Shown: positions 60,901 to 64,000 of the stretch, piece by piece | How the letters are laid out: each line of letters opens with the position of its first letter | How positions within the stretch are numbered: position 1 is the first letter of the stretch | Assembly: GCA_035300145.1 (NCBI GenBank) | Contig: DATGVQ010000180.1 | Location: 1,232-65,231 of the forward strand | Source: Acidiferrobacterales bacterium | Lineage (GTDB): Bacteria; Pseudomonadota; Gammaproteobacteria; Acidiferrobacterales; DATGVQ01 | Length of the DNA: 64,000 bases | Direction: 5' to 3' | Notes under the pieces: generated by a model | Database searches by the model: none | Seen by the model: only the letters and a program-made list of their open reading frames with translations | What the model was told of the DNA's origin: nothing | Translations under genes and position numbers: made by a program

Positions 60901-63693
60901 TGTGACCAGCATCCGTCCGGCCGTTCGTAAAATTGCATCCAGGCTGAATAGCGCCTCGTAGGGAAGGCACGCGATCGTAAATAGCCCCTGCGCAAAGCGC
61001 CGGCCAGCCGAGCGGGCGGTGGCGGCGAGATGCTGACGCAACAGCACATCATCCGGCTTGCGAAACAGATCCAGAATGAAAGCCATGAAAGAAGGAATCA
61101 GGATGATTCCGATCACCGACAAAGTCCAAAACCAGGCTGGTGACAAGACCGCCCAGGTCAGTAGCAACAACAGCGTCAAGCCTAAAGGCACCAGACTGCG
61201 GCGAAGGTTGTCGAAGATCTTCCATCGCGACAACGCCGAGAGCGGATTCTTCCGGTAGACGGCGCCGGGGGCAGGAACGCGCGAGCGCACCCACTGTGCA
61301 ATTTGCCAATCCCCGCGCACCCAGCGGTACCGGCGGCTCACATCCGCACTGTAGTGAGATGGATATTCGTCGTACAACGGCACATCGCTCAACAGTCCCG
61401 AGCGCGCGTAACACCCTTCCAGCAGATCATGACTGAGGATCAGGTTCTCGGGGAAGCGCCCACTGAATGCTTGCTCGAACGCATCAACGTCATAGATCCC
61501 CTTACCGATGAACGAGCCCTCACCGAACAGGTCCTGATAAACATCGGAGACAGCGTGCGTATACGGGTCAATGCCCGGCTCAGTCCCGAACAACCGTGCA
61601 TACCGCGATCGATTTATGCTTGGCAGGCTTGCGTCCACGCGCGGCTGAATGATGCCGTACCCCTCACAGACACGCTGCTTGTCTTTGTCGTACCGCGCAC
61701 GATTCAGCGGGTGCGCCATGGCTCCGACAAACTGCCGGGCCGAGTCGCGCGGTAGTTGCGTATCCGTATCGAGCGCAATGACGTACTTCACATTCGGTAA
61801 CGCTGCTGTATTACCGACCACGACGGCAAAACGATCTGTTCCGCCGCCGCGTAGAAGCGAATTTAATTCCGCAAGCTTTCCGCGCTTGCGCTCGTAACCC
61901 ATCCAGATCTGTTCACGCGGATTCCATCGGCGCGGACGATGAAAAAGGAAGAAAGTGTCGCGCTTTTCGTTCCTGTATTTTTCATTCAACTGTTCGATCC
62001 TGTTCCGGGCCAGCCGCAACAGTGGTTCGTCCTCCGGAAGCGTTTGCTCGTGCGCGTCGCAAAAATCGGTCAGCAGGCCGAAGTGCAGGCTGTCGTCCCG
62101 GTTTGCCAGAAACCGGACTTCGAGCGCCTCGATCAGGTCCTCGATGTTCTGGGCATCCGTAAGCATAGTCGGGACCACTGCCAGGGTACGGCATTCCGGC
62201 GGAATTCCTCCGGAAAAATCCATGCGCGGCAGTGGCCGCGGTGTTGCCAGCAGTGTCGCGAGCCAGTTCGCCAGCGCGACCGCTAAATGAGTTGCACACA
62301 ACGCCGAGAGGATGCCAATCAGCGCGAGTATCGCGCCATGCAACCCATTGGCATGCGCCTTTGCCACTAAGCTCGCAGTGAAGATCACCGTTATCAGCGC
62401 AATCGTCCCGAGGTAGAGAAGCAAAGGAAACCGGCGGCTCATTCTTTGCAGAGCCGCAGAAGCAGATAAGCGCACCTGCGCCGTTCGTTCGAGCTGCGGC
62501 AGTCCTCTGTCGATGAGATAGAAGCCAACATGCTCCGCTCGATCGCTACCGTATTTCCTGGCCGCACTTGCGTGCGCCAGCCGGATCGCCTGGCGCGCCA
62601 CCTCGCCTTCGGTCAGCCGGCCGCTCTTCGCTATCCTCTCTACTTCGTGACGGTAGCGATCACGGGTGACAAAATCCATCTTGCCGTAGACTCCGCCAGG
62701 ATCCTTACGCAGTATCTGCTCGGCGACGCTCATCGTCTCGACGAACTCGCGCCAGTCCATTACCCCTAGAAAGCGGAGGCTGCCGATGCTGTTACTAATA
62801 GAGACTTGGTCGGCAGCCTGCTGCTGGGTCTCCGACTGCACCGACTGCTCGATGGTCAGGCCGGACTCGGAAAGCCGCTGCTCAATCCAGGTGAGTGGCA
62901 ATGCCAAAGCGGGGCTTTGTCCTTGCAGCCGGCGCGCAAGTTCCGCGACAAACGGGCTCACCATCGGCGGGATCGATCGCGCCATGTCCGCGATCACCAG
63001 AATCAGGCTGCTCGGATCCTTTTCGGCGATCTCCGTCATCTTGTCCGCCCAGGAGTCGGCCAGTTCCCGGTCGATCCTGCCGGCGGCGATCCGGACTGCA
63101 ACACGTCGGAGATTCTCAATCAATGCCAGGCGCAGCATGATAGGTATTGCCCACAACTCGCCTAACTTGAGGGCGGTGACCGTCTGGTATGCCGCGACGA
63201 AACGGCTGAGACTTTCCGGGTCCACCCGGCCATCGCCATGCGCGATCGTCTCCAGCGCGATGTCATACACACGTGGAAGCCCGGCCGATGGGCCGTGAGC
63301 CAAGCGGGGTAGTCCCCGGCTGTAACCCGGTGGCAAGTGTCTCTTGGCCGTGCGGATTTGTTCTTCGACCAGATAGAAGTTGTCGAGCAGCCACTCCCCG
63401 GCCGGCGTAATCCGGCGGTTCGCCGTGACCGCCGGTGTTAGCAGATTGCAGACTTCAATCAGGATGCTTTCGTTCGCCGCCAGCCGCGTCAGAAGCTGGT
63501 CCTTCGCTCGTCCCGGAGTCAACTTGTGCAAGGCCGCGAGACTCTTACCATGCTGCTCCATCTGATCGGCACTGAACAATTCCGATCGCAGCGGCGGTTC
63601 TTGATCGAGGTACTTTCGTGGCAAGCCGCTCCTGCGAAGGCGGGTCCTCAGCTGGAGCAAATGCCCGAGGATAGTCGTGCTGTCCACTTTCAA
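54961..63693 (-). CDS. cyclic beta-1,2-glucan synthase-like giant glycosyltransferase/phosphorylase (NdvB/ChvB/Cgs type)
   Basis: 2910-aa ORF with a TTG start. N-terminal cytoplasmic region (PLRSELFSADQMEQHG), TM helices, and a GT-A glycosyltransferase core (IALDTDTQLPRD, GIIQPRV, RRYRWVRGDWQ). A further TM cluster follows, then a C-terminal GH94-like phosphorylase region (GGWTWYTGSAGWMYR). Size and order match Cgs/NdvB (about 2830-2870 aa). Confidence 0.85.
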   Translation of the reverse strand: MKVDSTTILGHLLQLRTRLRRSGLPRKYLDQEPPLRSELFSADQMEQHGKSLAALHKLTPGRAKDQLLTRLAANESILIEVCNLLTPAVTANRRITPAGEWLLDNFYLVEEQIRTAKRHLPPGYSRGLPRLAHGPSAGLPRVYDIALETIAHGDGRVDPESLSRFVAAYQTVTALKLGELWAIPIMLRLALIENLRRVAVRIAAGRIDRELADSWADKMTEIAEKDPSSLILVIADMARSIPPMVSPFVAELARRLQGQSPALALPLTWIEQRLSESGLTIEQSVQSETQQQAADQVSISNSIGSLRFLGVMDWREFVETMSVAEQILRKDPGGVYGKMDFVTRDRYRHEVERIAKSGRLTEGEVARQAIRLAHASAARKYGSDRAEHVGFYLIDRGLPQLERTAQVRLSASAALQRMSRRFPLLLYLGTIALITVIFTASLVAKAHANGLHGAILALIGILSALCATHLAVALANWLATLLATPRPLPRMDFSGGIPPECRTLAVVPTMLTDAQNIEDLIEALEVRFLANRDDSLHFGLLTDFCDAHEQTLPEDEPLLRLARNRIEQLNEKYRNEKRDTFFLFHRPRRWNPREQIWMGYERKRGKLAELNSLLRGGGTDRFAVVVGNTAALPNVKYVIALDTDTQLPRDSARQFVGAMAHPLNRARYDKDKQRVCEGYGIIQPRVDASLPSINRSRYARLFGTEPGIDPYTHAVSDVYQDLFGEGSFIGKGIYDVDAFEQAFSGRFPENLILSHDLLEGCYARSGLLSDVPLYDEYPSHYSADVSRRYRWVRGDWQIAQWVRSRVPAPGAVYRKNPLSALSRWKIFDNLRRSLVPLGLTLLLLLTWAVLSPAWFWTLSVIGIILIPSFMAFILDLFRKPDDVLLRQHLAATARSAGRRFAQGLFTIACLPYEALFSLDAILRTAGRMLVTHKRLLEWSPSSDLEFNGRTDLAAACRSLWIAPAIAATAGIYLGFSRPELLAVAAPILCLWLVFPAIAWWISRPLARREARLTADQTLFLQKLARKTWAFFETFVGPEDHWLPPDNYQEYRVAVVAHRTSPTNMGLALLSNLSAYDFGYIPAGQLIERTANAFQTMAALERHQGHFYNWYDTQSLKPLHSIYVSTVDSGNLAAHLLTLRPGLLALADDKILGARLLDGLHDTLGILVDTAGGAPPIQLTRFQNDLESVCHSRPTTLAAARLCLARLATCATEVADTFAAVPDSDAHWWAQALARQCRGACDELEFLAPWTLLPAAPDKFGNFPGIAEIPTLRELAGLEVELLPAIGQRLDAGATAAERAWLDALRREITAASRRAKDRIAVIARLALQASGFARMEYDFLFDKERRLLAIGYNVDECRRDSSYYDLLASEARLCSFVAIAQGQLPQESWFAFGRQLTAAGGERILFSWSGSMFEYLMPLLVMPTYENTLLDQTCSAAVKRQIEYGKRRDIPWGMSESGYNAVDVQLNYQYRAFGVPGMGLKRGLAEDLVVAPYASALALMVAPEDACLNLQQLAGLGLEGRFGFYEAIDYTPARQRRGQASVVVRSFMAHHQGMSLLSLAYLILDRPMQKRFESDPLFQATTLLLQERIPKATAFHSHTTALAGIHAAASSPEMPVRVLGGPDTPIPEVQLLSNGRYHVMVTNAGGGYSRWKDIAVTRWREDTTCDNWGTYCYIHDVASGEFWSTAYHPTLKQPKNYEVIFSEGRAEFRRSDHDFDTHTDIVVSPEDDIELRRIRITNRARTRRTIEVTSYAEVVLAPSAADALHPVFSNLFVQTEIIHQRQAILCTRRPRSFEEQVPWMFHLMAVHGADIGETSYETDRMRFIGRGNTVAVPQAMRNAEMLSGSQGPVLDPIVAIRCRMTLDPEQSATIDMVCGIAETRDAALSLAAKYQDRHLADRVFELAWTHAQVVLQQINATEADAQLYGRLANSVIYANPSLRADAAVLLKNRRGQSGLWGYAISGDLPIVLLQIRDVVNIDLVRQLVQAHTYWRLKGLAVDLVIWNEDHAGYRQRLQEQIMGLIAAGIEAHVMDRPGGIFVRRAEQISDEDRILLQSAARAIITDSRGALAQQINRRGRMEARVPRFTPTRTHQVEFATAAELPRRDLILCNGLGGFTPDGREYVITLAPGQMTPAPWVNVLANPHFGSVISESGQAYTWSDNAHEFRLTPWHNDPVSDASGEAFYLRDEDSGQFWSPTLLPSRGAGSYVSRHGFGYSVFEHNQDGIRSELWVYLALEASIKFSVLTVRNESGRPRLLSVTGYVEWVLGDLRPKSAMHVTTEIDRSGALYARNPYNTEFADRVVFFDVDDATRTTSCDRTEFIGRNGTLKSPAAMIRARLSGKVGAALDPCAAIQVSFELAPGQEREIIFRLGVGRDADAAGDLVHRFRGPTAARAVLDSVRQHWRHTLGAVRVETPDASLNVLTNGWLLYQTIACRLWARSGYYQSGGAFGFRDQLQDVMALIHAEPRLVRAHLLLCASRQFQEGDVQHWWHPPSGQGVRTHCSDDYLWLPLATCRYVLATGDTRVLDEPIHFLEGRPLNPEDDSYYDLPGSSEEAASLYQHCARAILRGLRFGAHGLPLIGSGDWNDGMNRVGKHGKGESVWLGFFLCDVLMQFTKVARLHGDPSFAERCAGEGALLRQNIEDDGWDGAWYRRAYFDDGSPLGSASNTECQIDSIAQSWSVLSGAGDAKHARMAMDAVYQRLVRRDHALVQLLDPPFDKSNLDPGYIRGYAPGVRENGGQYTHGAIWAAMAFAQLGDSARAWELLAMINPVNHTASQERIATYKVEPYVAAADVCALTPHTGRGGWTWYTGSAGWMYRLIVESLLGLRLEVDKLHFAPCLPADWKAFKIHYRYRQTVYHITVLQARAADDEKSGKTSVTVDGIEQHDKAIPLVDDRQEHAVEVSIHADTVN

Positions 63694-63799
63694 TTCAGAG
63701 GTCCCTGCTTTGCAGCGAAATCTCAGGACTCAGGGCGGATATCTCGACCCCATCGACTTCGTTCGCGTGAAACACATTTCAAGGCCGGGTAGACGCCCT

Positions 63800-64000
63800 T
63801 TATTCTCCCAGCAATTCCGCCACCGGCTGCAGTTGCTGCACATGCTGCGACACTACTTTCACGATGACAATGATCGGAATGCTGAGCAGTATACCCCAGA
63901 CTCCCCAGAGCCACGCCCAAAATAACAGAGAGGGGAAGGGGTCACGTCTTGCCTTTTGATATTTTGGCTTTCACTGCCCTTGATAAGACGGATCATGGCA
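63800..64000 (-). pseudogene. AI-2E (PerM) family transporter 3' end, interrupted by an in-frame TGA
   Basis: The minus-strand frame ending at TAA (63802-63800) reads ...KPKYQKARRDPFPSLLFWAWLWGVWGILLSIPIIVIVKVVSQHVQQLQPVAELLGE. This is a typical AI-2E C-terminus (LLFWxWLWGxxGxLLxxP). The same frame has a TGA at 63973-63971 but is otherwise open to the window edge. Confidence 0.45.

Noticed and set aside
55000-63700. Many 60-230-aa ORFs on both strands inside the glucan synthase gene, for example 57037-57720, 58669-59256, 57779-58300 and 62786-63298.
   Set aside because: They are shadow ORFs of a long GC-rich gene. Their translations are Arg/Ala/Pro-rich, lack motifs and are wholly nested in the 2910-aa frame.
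63677-63925. ORFs 63677-63925 (+) and 63723-63920 (-).
   Set aside because: A third frame on the minus strand gives a clear AI-2E transporter C-terminus. These two are off-frame shadows of it.

Overview
This is an origin-proximal chromosomal segment with Gammaproteobacteria-like gene content and order. That assignment is my inference, and I make no organism call. All product calls come from reading the translated ORFs for family motifs; no database search was possible.

The core content is housekeeping. On one strand: dnaA-dnaN-gyrB, with no recF. On the other: rpmH-rnpA-yidD-yidC-mnmE, then mnmG-rsmG-parA-parB. Also present are hemL/thiE/thiD/hemH, groES-groEL with a CIRCE operator, cutA-dsbD-tlpA, aroQ-accB-accC-prmA, dusB-fis-purH-purD-purE-tsaC-hemF, prfC, and pip-apaH-apaG. 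Three genes are missing from the ORF track and were recovered by hand: a hemL 5' fragment, a 54-codon rubredoxin, and rpmH.

Accessory content:
1. A 10.3-kb block sits between mnmE and mnmG. It carries MoxR-DUF58-transglutaminase, a PAS-GGDEF-EAL protein, and a binding protein / HAMP-PAS-GAF histidine kinase / receiver set.
2. A low-GC islet lies at about 50.8-54.9 kb.
3. A 2910-aa cyclic beta-1,2-glucan synthase-like gene follows.

Best candidate for something undescribed: the tightly linked pair at 51246-53153. It combines a highly divergent endonuclease III / HhH-GPD-like glycosylase homolog (4-Cys loop with a 25-residue insertion) with an orphan ~7-TM protein. The pair sits beside a HigB/HigA-like toxin-antitoxin pair and a gene remnant.

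Other notable signals:
- A mosaic family of hairpin repeats occurs at six intergenic loci, with compensatory stem changes between copies.
- The histidine kinase carries an old in-frame 114-bp tandem duplication that doubles the H-box.
- DnaA boxes and an AT-rich tract lie in the dnaA-dnaN spacer.
- Two parS-like sites lie between gyrB and dnaN.
- dnaA-dnaN are unusually AT-rich.

No rRNA, tRNA, CRISPR array or intact transposase or integrase was seen.
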